This document shows positions 36,617 through 47,322 of a stretch of 64,000 bases of DNA, piece after piece. Within the stretch, counting starts at the first letter, position 1. The number at the start of each line of letters is the position of its first letter. Made by a program: the position numbers and the translations under genes. Under the pieces are notes generated by a model. It saw only the letters and a list, made by a program, of their open reading frames with translations. It did no database searches and was not told the origin of the DNA. The stretch lies in sequence record OP589283.1; one strand, given 5' to 3'.

Positions 36617-37404
36617 GCGAATTAAACCAACTTACTCCACAACAACAACGCATCATGGATGAAGACCTTGGTTACTTAAAGGAAATGTACATTCATGAAA
36701 GTGAAGGTAAACGTTTCTTAGGTAACGAAAACAAGGCGTACAATATCGAATGGCAAATAAAAGAAAGCGAGTTTGTAAAGAACTGGTTGATTCAATTTGC
36801 ATTGGGTAATGATACCGGTATTAATTATTTTAACATCGCTGAATGGGGTAAACGCACTAACCGCGGGCAGGGATTGGTAGAAGTCATCACAGACGATAAC
36901 ACCTCTGATAAAACAACTAGCTTATTTATTATTCCGCCGTTAATGGCAGTGAACATGAATAATCAGGATTATCAGTTAATCCGTCGCGCTATCATGATGA
37001 TTAACTTTAATATGGTGGATGAACAAAACACCCGTATTAAAGATAGCAACAAACCCATCGCTGATGAATTAGCGTCTTTATTGGAGAACAAGCGTATTCC
37101 GATTCCAGACAACGTCCCTGGATGGTTCTATGAAAAACACGGTGTTGTTCCATTAGTAGAACAACAGTGTTTCTTTATCCGTGATGTTATCAATGCTGAT
37201 AAACCTTATCCTCATGAAGAGTATTATCGTCTTCGCGATATTTTGTATCGTAAATTCCGTAAAGAACCTATTACTGCGGAAGAAAGAACCGTTGTTGACA
37301 CCATGAGTCGTAACAATATTGAGTGGGAGGAGGTAAAAGAAAACAGCGCATCTAATTCTACTAACGTAGAAGAAAACGATGGGTACGACCCACTAAGTTG
37401 TTAG
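36613..37404 (+). CDS. conserved phiKZ-like core protein
   Basis: 263 aa, GAGG RBS, 4-bp overlap. Confidence 0.6.
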   Translation: MSELNQLTPQQQRIMDEDLGYLKEMYIHESEGKRFLGNENKAYNIEWQIKESEFVKNWLIQFALGNDTGINYFNIAEWGKRTNRGQGLVEVITDDNTSDKTTSLFIIPPLMAVNMNNQDYQLIRRAIMMINFNMVDEQNTRIKDSNKPIADELASLLENKRIPIPDNVPGWFYEKHGVVPLVEQQCFFIRDVINADKPYPHEEYYRLRDILYRKFRKEPITAEERTVVDTMSRNNIEWEEVKENSASNSTNVEENDGYDPLSC

Positions 37405-38543
37405 CAATGAAAGAAGCGATACGGTTCTTATGGAGCAGTGACCAACACACGCTTCATAATAAAACTCCCACCACACATATTCTGCAAAACCTCTCCCGGT
37501 TCTTAATGAAAGAACACCATCTACCCGATACAGATTTAATTCTTTTCGGAGGAGATTTCATGGATAGGTTAGTTGAAACTAACAACCATGACTTTTTAAA
37601 AGTATTGGATTGGTGTGACAAGTTTTTAGCGGAATGCGAAAAGCATAATGTGGTTGTGCGGTTTTTAGAAGGGACGAGTAGCCATGATTGGGAGCAACAA
37701 AAACATTTCAGATTAGGGTTGTTTAATAAACTGAATGCAGCTTATATTAACTCAATGAGTGTGGAGATTATTCCTGAACTCAATAATTTAAGCATTTTGT
37801 ATGTTCCGGACAATATGTCTGGCTCTAAAACACCTGACCAAATATGGGAACTGGCGTTAGAAAAACTGGCTGAAGCGAATTTAGCAGAAGTGGACTTTGT
37901 TGTTATTCATGGTGGGTTTAGACACCAACTCCCTGAAAAGGGTTGGAAACATGCTCACATGATAGAACGTTGGAAAACAATTGCTAAATACGCTATTTTT
38001 GCCGGACACATCCATATCCCCTGCATTATGGAATCGGATAAGTTTTATTGCTCGGGAAGTTTTGACCGAATTCGTCATGGTGAAGAACATCCCAAAGGAG
38101 GGTTTGTTGGGACCCTCAACAAAAGCCTTGAGAGGTTCAACGTTGAGTTTTGGGAGAATAAGAAGGCATTACCTTATGTCACTATTAAACTCTCGTCTGA
38201 GTGGGATTTAGGCACTACAATGAACCGCATTGTAGATGTTATTGTCAAACGTAATTTTCCCGCTAATAGTCACGTGAAATTAAAAGGAGGGAGTCCAAAC
38301 ATTGTTGCTCCTCTTTTATTGGAGTTTAGTAAGCAATACCCTCTTTTAAATTTCACCGCCGACAACGATGTTTCGGACAGCCTTATTGTAGATGAAACGT
38401 TGTATGATACGGACACATATAAAGGAGTGACACTCACTAAAGAAAATTTATTTGATTCTTTATTTGTGGAAATTGAAGCTACTCTTTTAGAAAGCAACAT
38501 TTCAAAAGAAGAAGCCAGCTCAATTCTAAATGAGTTTTTATAA
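37398..38543 (+). CDS. Mre11/SbcD-like metallophosphoesterase nuclease
   Basis: SDQH, GGDFMD, EGTSSHD, VIHGGF, AGHIH motifs. Confidence 0.85.
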   Translation: MLAMKEAIRFLWSSDQHTLHNKTPTTHILQNLSRFLMKEHHLPDTDLILFGGDFMDRLVETNNHDFLKVLDWCDKFLAECEKHNVVVRFLEGTSSHDWEQQKHFRLGLFNKLNAAYINSMSVEIIPELNNLSILYVPDNMSGSKTPDQIWELALEKLAEANLAEVDFVVIHGGFRHQLPEKGWKHAHMIERWKTIAKYAIFAGHIHIPCIMESDKFYCSGSFDRIRHGEEHPKGGFVGTLNKSLERFNVEFWENKKALPYVTIKLSSEWDLGTTMNRIVDVIVKRNFPANSHVKLKGGSPNIVAPLLLEFSKQYPLLNFTADNDVSDSLIVDETLYDTDTYKGVTLTKENLFDSLFVEIEATLLESNISKEEASSILNEFL

Positions 38544-38553
38544 GGAGGTTTCT

Positions 38554-39339
38554 ATGAGTAGAACCTTAGGTAACTTAGGCATATCCGTTGGAACCTCCGC
38601 TGCGTTAGAAGGTGAATTAACGAAAACATTATCTAGTATGGATAATTTTTTTATTAACTTTAGAACGTTAGTAAGAAATGCGATTGAGTCTTACGCTTCG
38701 GAGGATTCCCCTAGCGTTGATGAAATTGTTAAAAATGTCAAAGATGACTTAATGGGAGTATTAAAGTTTGTAGACACACACCGGGGGCAAAAACAAATCT
38801 TAATTGATGTGTATAACCCCAGTTATAAATCCAGAGAAAGCAAATTTAAATACGCCATCTTAAAGTCACCTAAAACTGACAAACAAAAAGCAAGAGCAAA
38901 ATTATTTGAAGAAGTGATTTCACTCTTTAAAAAGAATAACAGTGGGGTATTGAGAGAAACCGATTGCGAAATTAAATCATTTGTAGGTCGGGCTCTTATA
39001 CTCACACATCATGTCATGGACTTGACATTCAGTAATTCTTACTCACGGTTATATTTGTTAGAGAGTTACACGGGTTACATTAAAACATATGTTACGTGGA
39101 ACACCAAATTAACCAACGGTAGTGAATTACACAACATCCCATTTAACAGACTCACTTTACAGATTTTCGGGGATAAGGGAACGGATTTCTTTACTCACAG
39201 CATGGCCGTTAAGGCATTGGTTAATGAACTCGCTACTTCTCATAAATGGACTACAGGTACGTCTTACGATAAAGTAAAAAGCGATATCAGAGGATTACCT
39301 AAATCTGTTGATAGAGAAGCATTAATTATGATGTTTTAA
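38554..39339 (+). CDS. conserved phiKZ-like core protein (possible 5'-3' exonuclease-like fold)
   Basis: AAGGAGG RBS; FINFRTLVRN, THHVMDL, QIFGD segments. Confidence 0.55.
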   Translation: MSRTLGNLGISVGTSAALEGELTKTLSSMDNFFINFRTLVRNAIESYASEDSPSVDEIVKNVKDDLMGVLKFVDTHRGQKQILIDVYNPSYKSRESKFKYAILKSPKTDKQKARAKLFEEVISLFKKNNSGVLRETDCEIKSFVGRALILTHHVMDLTFSNSYSRLYLLESYTGYIKTYVTWNTKLTNGSELHNIPFNRLTLQIFGDKGTDFFTHSMAVKALVNELATSHKWTTGTSYDKVKSDIRGLPKSVDREALIMMF

Positions 39340-39387
39340 AAAACCAGCCACCCTATTTATTAGATACCCGATTGAGGAATTTTCATC

Positions 39388-40086
39388 ATGGCTCAACAAC
39401 AAAATTTTCAGCCCCGTAAAAAAACGATTTTAAATGATTACCGGATGCCACTTCCTGCATCGGCTTCTCCTATGGAAGGCGCACGTAATCCAGCCCAATT
39501 TATGTGGGAGTTAAAGAACAACGGCAAAATCGTTTTTAAAGTAAACGATGGCGTTTACAAACAAGGTGCTAAAAACACTCACAAAGAAGTCGAATTGGAT
39601 TACCATGAACGCGGTATGATTTTCGAAGCGATTCGTGATGCAATCAACAATAAGGATTTTGTCAACAAACAAATCCCTATTCGTAAAAAAGACTTTGTCT
39701 TTTCAAATGGTCGCAGTCAGATGTCCGACCAACCTATTCTGAAAGCCACTATGACAATTCGTCGTGACGACCAAGGTATTATTCATTGGGGTTACAGTAA
39801 AGGTGATTATAAAGTCGAGGTCAGTTTCCGTGGTCCATTTGATACTGCGGTTTATTACAAAGACGATCAAGGTAACCGTCGTGAAGACTTTGGTGCATTA
39901 AGTCGTTACAGTGCGGCAGCTTACGTTCGTTTCCACGAACCTATTCTTAACCGCATTGAAGAAGAACACTGGACTCCACCTAAACAAAAAGAAGGTAGTG
40001 GTGGTGGTAACGGTGGCGGTAATAATTACGGTGGTGGTAGCCAACCTTCTGGTGATGATTTCGATTTTGACGACGTTGATTTCTAA
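39388..40086 (+). CDS. single-stranded nucleic-acid-binding protein, ChmC-like position (phiKZ gp67-like)
   Basis: 232 aa with SSB-like Gly-rich linker and DDFDFDDVDF acidic tail; directly upstream of the gp68-like subunit. Confidence 0.65.
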   Translation: MAQQQNFQPRKKTILNDYRMPLPASASPMEGARNPAQFMWELKNNGKIVFKVNDGVYKQGAKNTHKEVELDYHERGMIFEAIRDAINNKDFVNKQIPIRKKDFVFSNGRSQMSDQPILKATMTIRRDDQGIIHWGYSKGDYKVEVSFRGPFDTAVYYKDDQGNRREDFGALSRYSAAAYVRFHEPILNRIEEEHWTPPKQKEGSGGGNGGGNNYGGGSQPSGDDFDFDDVDF

Positions 40087-40102
40087 TCTTTTTGCCAACT
40101 AA

Positions 40103-40133
40103 CCTTCCTTACCCTTTGTTGGGGTAAGGAAGG
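40103..40133 (+). terminator. intrinsic terminator
   Basis: CCTTCCTTACCC / GGGTAAGGAAGG. Confidence 0.65.
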
Positions 40134-40202
40134 ATTCCACTAAAAATATTTAACTCTACATTATTAACGTGTATAAGTAACAAACTATTAACGGAGTTAC
40201 CC

Positions 40203-41756
40203 ATGCTGGAAATTAGAATAATCAGGAATTCTAAAACAGTGATTGAAAAAATCGTTGTTGAATATGGTACCCGGAAAATTGCGTTTAATGGACGTGCTAA
40301 AATCTTCTTAGAAAAATCCATTAACAACTTTTCTGAAGGGGCAAACTTATTTGACTGTCAAAATGATTTTGTTGCTCGCACGTTTTCTGAAGAAGAACAA
40401 TTAGAATTGTTCAAACTGTATGAACAAGCACATGCTATCTGCGAAAGCAGTAAAGATGTAGATTACAAAGAGGAATTATTTGAACTTAAGAAAATCGTCG
40501 ATGAAATTTACGCGTTATTTAATGTAACAAAATTCATCGGGTTCATCCAATACAGTGACCATTTAAAGGTACCTAAAAATTTGGTGGCTGCAACCAGCAA
40601 AGGTGACTATCCAGAAGAGACTACCATACTTGAGCACGATTACATAAACTTAGCGAAGTTTACGTTTGCGGTGCGGGTAATCTATCCTATTCTTTTTGGT
40701 ATCACCAGTCGTCTTACTTCTATCATGGGAGAAACCCACGCGTTATTAAATATCGGTCAGTTAATCAGTCATAGTCCAAGTTTGGTTTCTCTCACGGGTT
40801 GGGAAAAACTTAAACTGTATGTAAAGACCACGTTCATTAAACACGGGGTTGGACAAAGCTTAACTGAGTTTAGTACAGGTGTAAACTCAGTTGAGAAAAC
40901 TGTTTTTAAAGTGATCATCAGCCGGTTATGTAGTTCTGTTATACCAGAAACAGAAAAAGACAAACATATTGCTAACGTGATTAACAGTGTATGTCAAACA
41001 GCGAAAAGTGAGTTTAACGAAGCTTTCCGTGAAAAAGAAGACAGTTACGGCGATACTGAAGATAAACGTTCTGTGTTTGAGCGTTATCAGATTACTGAAA
41101 ACAGTAATCCCAGTAAAGAACAAGCTGAAGCAGAATGGTTTTCATTTGGGTTATTTGACCATAATGGGAATCCTAAATTACACGACCGCTTTAAATACCA
41201 ATCGCAAACATTAGGTATTGATGAACAACTGGTTGATATGGTTTATGACCGAATCCCAAGCAATTGGAATTTTGAATTAGACCGTCATATTTTAACGTTG
41301 TTGCAGTTAACCTTCATTGATGACGTTAGTCCCTATACGTTTATTGCGTGTGACTACAATCAATTGATGGCAGCTATTGCGTTAGGTCAAGTGAAGTTAG
41401 CTTCAATGGGTTATCAGTACTTACCTTCAGTATTAGGGTGTGTGCATGACCCAGAAGGGTTGCGTACAGCAGATTCGTTAAAACTCAACAACGAAGATAG
41501 AGAGTCCATTGAATCTATCTGCTCCGTGCAAGCAAAAAATACCGATGCTCGCAGCGCCAACGAAGCAGTATTAGCGGTAATGGATTTCATCGAGAATTTC
41601 GGTAACGGAATTTGGAAAAGTAATTTGGAAGTGGGGGTATTGGCGAGTAAAGAAATTTTAGCCAGTTATCCCGTAGGTGGGATGTATCCTCTGGAAATTA
41701 CCAACAACATCAAAGTAGAGTTTGTTGACTTTATTTTACGTATTAATCAGTGTTAA
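40203..41756 (+). CDS. non-virion RNAP sigma-like subunit (phiKZ gp68-like)
   Basis: 517 aa, helical, syntenic position. Confidence 0.7.
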   Translation: MLEIRIIRNSKTVIEKIVVEYGTRKIAFNGRAKIFLEKSINNFSEGANLFDCQNDFVARTFSEEEQLELFKLYEQAHAICESSKDVDYKEELFELKKIVDEIYALFNVTKFIGFIQYSDHLKVPKNLVAATSKGDYPEETTILEHDYINLAKFTFAVRVIYPILFGITSRLTSIMGETHALLNIGQLISHSPSLVSLTGWEKLKLYVKTTFIKHGVGQSLTEFSTGVNSVEKTVFKVIISRLCSSVIPETEKDKHIANVINSVCQTAKSEFNEAFREKEDSYGDTEDKRSVFERYQITENSNPSKEQAEAEWFSFGLFDHNGNPKLHDRFKYQSQTLGIDEQLVDMVYDRIPSNWNFELDRHILTLLQLTFIDDVSPYTFIACDYNQLMAAIALGQVKLASMGYQYLPSVLGCVHDPEGLRTADSLKLNNEDRESIESICSVQAKNTDARSANEAVLAVMDFIENFGNGIWKSNLEVGVLASKEILASYPVGGMYPLEITNNIKVEFVDFILRINQC

Positions 41757-41774
41757 TATCAAAAAGGAAATATC

Positions 41775-43220
41775 ATGTCAAGTACATTGCAATTAACTGA
41801 AGTCATTGTCGGTATCGGTAACCCTGTTCACGCTCACGTCAGACGTCATAACGAAATTAATGCCGATTCAACAACACTTGATGCATTAATTTCTGAACAG
41901 ATGAACGGTGGAATGACACCATCCACGTTAAATGAATTCAGTATTTTATCTGGCGGGCTTAGCACTACCCCACAAGGAAACATTGAAATTTCTGATGGAT
42001 GGAATATTCGTCGCGGGTTAGCAATGTTGCGTTTTGTCGTGTCAACCAACGCAATAAACCAAGAAGAGTTGGTTATTCTTGGTTATTTAGTAGGAGGGGA
42101 AGTTTCATTTGAAGGCCTCGACCCCAACACTGTATTTGTGCCGGTGAGAAGCTGGTCAATTCTGATGACCAATCGCCAGGACCTTAATACTGGATTACCA
42201 TACACACAAACCACCATCAATGACTCTCAGCAGTTTTTACTAGGTACAGATAAAAATCTAGTAACTAACCGGCCAATTGACGTATTAAACAATATGGGTG
42301 TGATGTGTGCAAATGTTGATATGGGAATGCCTTTAACGTCATATACGGGGATGTCCAGCCAAGACCTTAAGTCTTCTGGGATACTCATGTCGAAAACGAA
42401 AAACCTCGACCCCACACATTGCTCAAGAGCCATTTTGGGCAGCACAATAAGAGCGATGGCCGGTTCAATGGAATCTGGCAATGATCGTGATGTGTTTATT
42501 GGTGATTTGTTTGAGAAAGCTACAGGGTACGACGTCGTAGAACAAAATACACTTCAAAATGCGTTTCTTTCAGTAATGAACGCCAGTTTAGGTGGGATGA
42601 ATTTCCATGGGTTTAATGGTTACACCTTTGGTGAGATTGCCGGGGTGTTTGAGAACTTGGCCGATGTACTTAACTTAAATATCTTGGCTCAAAGTTTTGA
42701 AGACCCTAATTGGTTAATGACAACGTCTGAATACGGTTCTTCTAGTTATTCTGAGCGCATCGCAACAGAAGTAGCTGTTATGGCTGCTCACGCATTGGTG
42801 CGTTCAGGTCTCACGTTTGTTGAATTCCTTGCATCTAACAATGCTACTGAAATTGGGGGGTTAAATTCAGAAAATGGCTTAATGTACCATATGGGTGCCG
42901 CAATGCCATTGCTAAATAATGAGACTAACCTTGCAGGTCGTGTTGAAACTTTCAAAGAAGAATTAGCGCGCAGTTTCTTTGCTCGTTATCGTTCCGATAT
43001 CCGCGGTGGTTTTTCAATCAGCATTAATGCTAAATGTTACGTTTTCGGTGAAACTTCTGTTACAGTTGTAATTGATGGTAAACCTGAGACTGAACGTACC
43101 TTCACAAATGCAACGTACAAGTTAAACTTAACAAGCACCAACATTTCTGAAAACCACAAAGCCATTAACTCAACTATAAATATGCTAAACAACATTCAGT
43201 CATATTTAGGTTTTAATTAA
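41775..43220 (+). CDS. phage-nucleus protein import factor PicA/Imp1-like (phiKZ gp69-like)
   Basis: 481 aa, immediately after the gp68-like gene; assignment by synteny and size. Confidence 0.6.
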   Translation: MSSTLQLTEVIVGIGNPVHAHVRRHNEINADSTTLDALISEQMNGGMTPSTLNEFSILSGGLSTTPQGNIEISDGWNIRRGLAMLRFVVSTNAINQEELVILGYLVGGEVSFEGLDPNTVFVPVRSWSILMTNRQDLNTGLPYTQTTINDSQQFLLGTDKNLVTNRPIDVLNNMGVMCANVDMGMPLTSYTGMSSQDLKSSGILMSKTKNLDPTHCSRAILGSTIRAMAGSMESGNDRDVFIGDLFEKATGYDVVEQNTLQNAFLSVMNASLGGMNFHGFNGYTFGEIAGVFENLADVLNLNILAQSFEDPNWLMTTSEYGSSSYSERIATEVAVMAAHALVRSGLTFVEFLASNNATEIGGLNSENGLMYHMGAAMPLLNNETNLAGRVETFKEELARSFFARYRSDIRGGFSISINAKCYVFGETSVTVVIDGKPETERTFTNATYKLNLTSTNISENHKAINSTINMLNNIQSYLGFN

Positions 43221-43247
43221 CCCTTTGCTTAATTTACAGAGGTCATA

Positions 43248-44720
43248 ATGAACGAACTCAACAAACTATATTCCGCGATGTGGAAATCATGGAACGGGGT
43301 TATCGAAGATAACGGCAAGATGATGATTAAGGTGGGGGAAGAAAAACTTCCTATCACTATTGATGGTCAAGAACTCTACTTGGGGTTAAGTGAACTCATT
43401 GAAGGTAAAACAGGTAATAAGGTGTTTTTCCACCCAGCGTGTGAAAATATTACCAGCAAAGAAACTGAAGTGTTCAAAGTGATTCGCAAAGCGACTGCGA
43501 TGAAACTTCTGTTTACCTTTATGAAGTATCCGGCTATCATTATCCCAATAGCCACTCGTAAACCAAAGAAAGCATGGCGTCAGGATGTGGTTGACATGTT
43601 GCAACCACTGAAAAATGTCAAGAAATCGGTTATCACTGAAATCAGTAAACTCTTTCAATTGATGACAATTGAAAATGAAAGCGAAGTTCATGACTGCCGT
43701 TTTGTTCATATCAAGACTACTAAGTCTGGTGCGCGGTCTCCTAAAACGGGTGCAAAGGTGTATTACACCGCCAAGCCTTCCTTTCCTTTCTATAACGAAC
43801 TGGCAAAGAAATTGGCGCGTAGCACTGGCGTGAGTGAAAACCAAGAAGTGGAAGTATTTGGTACATCAGTTTCCATGGCGGCGCTTTCAACAATTGTTCA
43901 CTTATTTGAATGTTGTATTCCAGGTGTTAACAACCCAGATGATTACGCATTCGAATCATTTGACCCAATTGCTTCTCGATTAACAGCTTACTTAGGTTCA
44001 TATTCACTCATTGCTGAAGATTTGAACCGAGTTCAAAATGTTTTCCGTGAAGACTTTGATAGCATCGGGCCCGGTCGTATTTATATCGACTGGATTGAAA
44101 ACATGGAACAGTTACCTGATATTTGGCGACAAATTCCAACAATGGATTACAATAGCCACAACACTCAACAGGAAGCGGATGTTACCATCAGCCGGGTTAA
44201 TGGGTTATTCGACATTAACAGTGCAAACGGTACACCTCAAAACAATACTGTTGTGATGACTAATCAAACCCAAAATACATCCGGTGCAACCAATATCGTT
44301 TCTACCCCGCAAGGTGACTTCGATGTTAGTCCACCTATGATGATGAATGGTGATACTTATTCTCACTATGAATTGGATTTGATTAACATGCGGGTTCGCC
44401 ACCATGCGTACTCAAGTGGACGTCAACCTGTAGTGTATGTGTGTTCACGTCAAGGCAATTTCTTACAAAAAGAAATTGTTAATGGCATGATGCCTGGGTT
44501 GATGAACAACATGGGTGGAATGAACGGTATGATGGGTATGATGAATAACCCATTACAACAACAACTCATGAATCAACAAATGTTGATGAATCCTGCAATG
44601 GCAGAATTTGTTAAGCAACAACAAGCGATGCAAATGATGCGTAATTTGCAATCCATGGGTCAACCTGCGACGAGTACTTCTGTTACAGGTGGTGCTTCAA
44701 GCGATACCTTTGTTTATTAA
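43248..44720 (+). CDS. conserved core protein (phiKZ gp70-like) with Met/Gln/Asn-rich tail
   Basis: 490 aa, GAGG RBS; low-complexity C-terminus. Confidence 0.6.
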   Translation: MNELNKLYSAMWKSWNGVIEDNGKMMIKVGEEKLPITIDGQELYLGLSELIEGKTGNKVFFHPACENITSKETEVFKVIRKATAMKLLFTFMKYPAIIIPIATRKPKKAWRQDVVDMLQPLKNVKKSVITEISKLFQLMTIENESEVHDCRFVHIKTTKSGARSPKTGAKVYYTAKPSFPFYNELAKKLARSTGVSENQEVEVFGTSVSMAALSTIVHLFECCIPGVNNPDDYAFESFDPIASRLTAYLGSYSLIAEDLNRVQNVFREDFDSIGPGRIYIDWIENMEQLPDIWRQIPTMDYNSHNTQQEADVTISRVNGLFDINSANGTPQNNTVVMTNQTQNTSGATNIVSTPQGDFDVSPPMMMNGDTYSHYELDLINMRVRHHAYSSGRQPVVYVCSRQGNFLQKEIVNGMMPGLMNNMGGMNGMMGMMNNPLQQQLMNQQMLMNPAMAEFVKQQQAMQMMRNLQSMGQPATSTSVTGGASSDTFVY

Positions 44721-44730
44721 TCGATAACAC

Positions 44731-44766
44731 TACTACTCCATTCCCAGTGACGGGAATGGAGTAGTA
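44731..44766. terminator. bidirectional terminator
   Basis: 15-bp stem TACTACTCCATTCCC / GGGAATGGAGTAGTA. Confidence 0.8.
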
Positions 44767-44781
44767 TTTAACTTTTGTTTT

Positions 44782-45111
44782 TTAACGGCGCTGTGTATTA
44801 CTACGAGTTATGCAACTGTTGAGTTCGTTCTCATTTATCAGGTAAATTTTTTGTAATCCTGAAATAGATGCAAACGGATTAACAATATCGTTTATATATG
44901 CATTAGCCCACCAATATCGTTTATCGATCTTTAGGTGTCTTAGCAATGCATAAAAATCATATCTAAACATTTCAATAACGTTGAGCGTCGTTAAAGGTTG
45001 TTCTGCGGCAGTAGAAAGTAAGAATTCTTTTTTAGATCTAACTAACGTTTTAAATCGACTAGAATAAAAATACTGATCGTCAGCAGAAATCCCGGAGGAC
45101 TCAATAGGCAT
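44782..45111 (-). CDS. small conserved protein, possibly LysM/baseplate-wedge-like
   Basis: ATG at 45111 on the minus strand with AAGGGG RBS; 109 aa. Confidence 0.5.
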   Translation of the reverse strand: MPIESSGISADDQYFYSSRFKTLVRSKKEFLLSTAAEQPLTTLNVIEMFRYDFYALLRHLKIDKRYWWANAYINDIVNPFASISGLQKIYLINENELNSCITRSNTQRR

Positions 45112-45186
45112 GGTTACCCCCTTATAAATTATTAACCCTATATTATTTATCTGAATATGTGGTCGTGTGTTATTAAGGAAATAAAA

Positions 45187-47313
45187 ATGAAGATAAAACC
45201 CACGGTAAATAATTTGCATCCTGCAACACAAGGTGTGAATTCGAATTTATCCGGCGACAACTCTCAGAAATCAGCAGGTCGTAGTTACATGGCAGGCAAC
45301 ATGATTCCTAAAAGTGTTGTTTGTACAGGTAATGACGAACCTTTAATCATTTCAGGCTTTGAACCACAATACGGTAAATTCACTCGTTCTATTAAAGCGC
45401 CAAGTAATATGACGGTGGAAGCAATTTTTTATGTAGGAGATGCTGAGAACGGTAGAGATGAAATGGGGGAATGGGAAACCATTTACGTCATCTTTAAGAA
45501 TGAGGAATTAAACAAATACGATATTTTGTATTTGTACAAATATCATTCTCAGAACTCTTACATTGCTTGGGAATATATTTACGACAAAGAAATGATGCGT
45601 CGTCTTAAAGTGGGTGCAACTTATCGCAAGGGAGAAGTATTTGCGAGAAGCCCACGCGTTACCAAAGACGGTAGCTGGCATTTTGCAACTAAGACGTTAG
45701 CTGCTGCGATGTCTTCTCACATGACAGAAGAAGACGGTATTGTCGTTTATGAACATTACGCCCGTGAGAAATTAGGCTGTACATTTAAACACGAACGTAA
45801 ATTTGGTTGGAAGGATGACGAATACATTCCAGTAATGTGTTATGGTACTCCTGAAAATCCTCGTCCATTCCCTGAACGTGGTGAACGTGTTCGTTCTGAC
45901 GGTGTTGTTATGGCATTCCGTAAACGCACTCCTGGTATGGCGTTATCAACACTCACTAAGAAAGCATTACGGGAAGTTGATTACAATAACGATTTGTTAT
46001 TCAGGGTAAACAGCTTAGACTGTGAAGTGGTGAGTATTGAAGTATTGAGCGACCGTATTAAGAATTCGGCTAATAATCGTCGAAACGAATACATCGAACA
46101 AGACCATACCAAAATTTTGAGTATGTATGAACGCCAAGCGAATAATTTCAATTTAGAGATTATTTATTGGTACGAAGAAAAGTTAAGACGGAGTAGTGGT
46201 GAAGTAGACATCACTCACGACTTAAACCGATTCATTGTTTATGCGTATCAAAATTACACCAATGACCCAAACAAACGGGGTGAAGGAGGAGTTAACAAAC
46301 TTCGTCGTCGCATCAAGTTAACACCGATTGAAGATTGGTATGTTCACATTACGTTGCGTGAACGTGTTAAAGGTAAAGTCAGATTTAAACTGTCGGGCTT
46401 GAACGGGGACAAGGGTATCATTGTACAAATTCGTCCATCCGAAGAAGCACCTACTTATTCAGATGGTACTCGTGCGGATATTTGTATTAACAACACACCT
46501 GCATTCCGTCGTCAGATTTACAGTATGTTGGTAACATCAGCGATTAATTTCATTAACATGAAGGAACACAAGATTGTCATTGGGTTATACCAACAAGACA
46601 AGATTGAAGAAGCCTATGAACATTTGATTACGTTCTATGAAACGGTTTCTCCTGAGTTTGCTGCAATTTGTCGTAATGTTCATTGCACTGACGAATACAA
46701 ACGTGAGCACGTTGAACATGTAGCGAATAACTTTATTCAGGTTCAGATTCGCAGTGACTCAGAATTTCATGGTGCAGGTATTGTTCGTCGTTTGATGAAA
46801 CAATATAGTCATAAACCAGAACAAGTTACGTTTGTTAACTCATTGGGTGAACGAGTTAAGTCAGAATACCCGATCATGATTACCAACTTGTATTATCTTT
46901 TGTTAGATAAGTTTGGTAATGATGCAAGTAGTCTGGCACTTCCAAAGCGCAACATCTTTGGATACCCAAGTAACTTAAATGAGTCTGACAAATATGCCGG
47001 TTTTCAAAGGGAGGTGTTAAACCGCAATATGGGTGAAGCTGAAGCAACACTTCAGTACACTCAGCGTGGGCCTGAAGAAGTGGTGAAACAGTTGGCATTA
47101 GGATATTCAGCAGAATGTCAAACCAAAGTTGTTAAATCGCTGATTCGAGCCGATGATCCTTTTGATATCGATCGTATACTTAAACGGGAGGATTTCCTTT
47201 CAAACAGTGCTGTGCAAATGGCAAAAGGAATGTTGAGTGACCAAGGTTATCGTTTACGTCATAAAACATCCAAAGACGCATATGTTCCCCCCATTGACAT
47301 TAACTTAGAATAA
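45187..47313 (+). CDS. non-virion RNAP beta-like subunit (phiKZ gp71-73-like), uninterrupted
   Basis: KFKLSGLNGDKG-type motif (KVRFKLSGLNGDKGII), EEDGIVV, RNMGEAE; ATG 45187. Confidence 0.85.
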   Translation: MKIKPTVNNLHPATQGVNSNLSGDNSQKSAGRSYMAGNMIPKSVVCTGNDEPLIISGFEPQYGKFTRSIKAPSNMTVEAIFYVGDAENGRDEMGEWETIYVIFKNEELNKYDILYLYKYHSQNSYIAWEYIYDKEMMRRLKVGATYRKGEVFARSPRVTKDGSWHFATKTLAAAMSSHMTEEDGIVVYEHYAREKLGCTFKHERKFGWKDDEYIPVMCYGTPENPRPFPERGERVRSDGVVMAFRKRTPGMALSTLTKKALREVDYNNDLLFRVNSLDCEVVSIEVLSDRIKNSANNRRNEYIEQDHTKILSMYERQANNFNLEIIYWYEEKLRRSSGEVDITHDLNRFIVYAYQNYTNDPNKRGEGGVNKLRRRIKLTPIEDWYVHITLRERVKGKVRFKLSGLNGDKGIIVQIRPSEEAPTYSDGTRADICINNTPAFRRQIYSMLVTSAINFINMKEHKIVIGLYQQDKIEEAYEHLITFYETVSPEFAAICRNVHCTDEYKREHVEHVANNFIQVQIRSDSEFHGAGIVRRLMKQYSHKPEQVTFVNSLGERVKSEYPIMITNLYYLLLDKFGNDASSLALPKRNIFGYPSNLNESDKYAGFQREVLNRNMGEAEATLQYTQRGPEEVVKQLALGYSAECQTKVVKSLIRADDPFDIDRILKREDFLSNSAVQMAKGMLSDQGYRLRHKTSKDAYVPPIDINLE

Positions 47314-47322
47314 GGATTGAGT

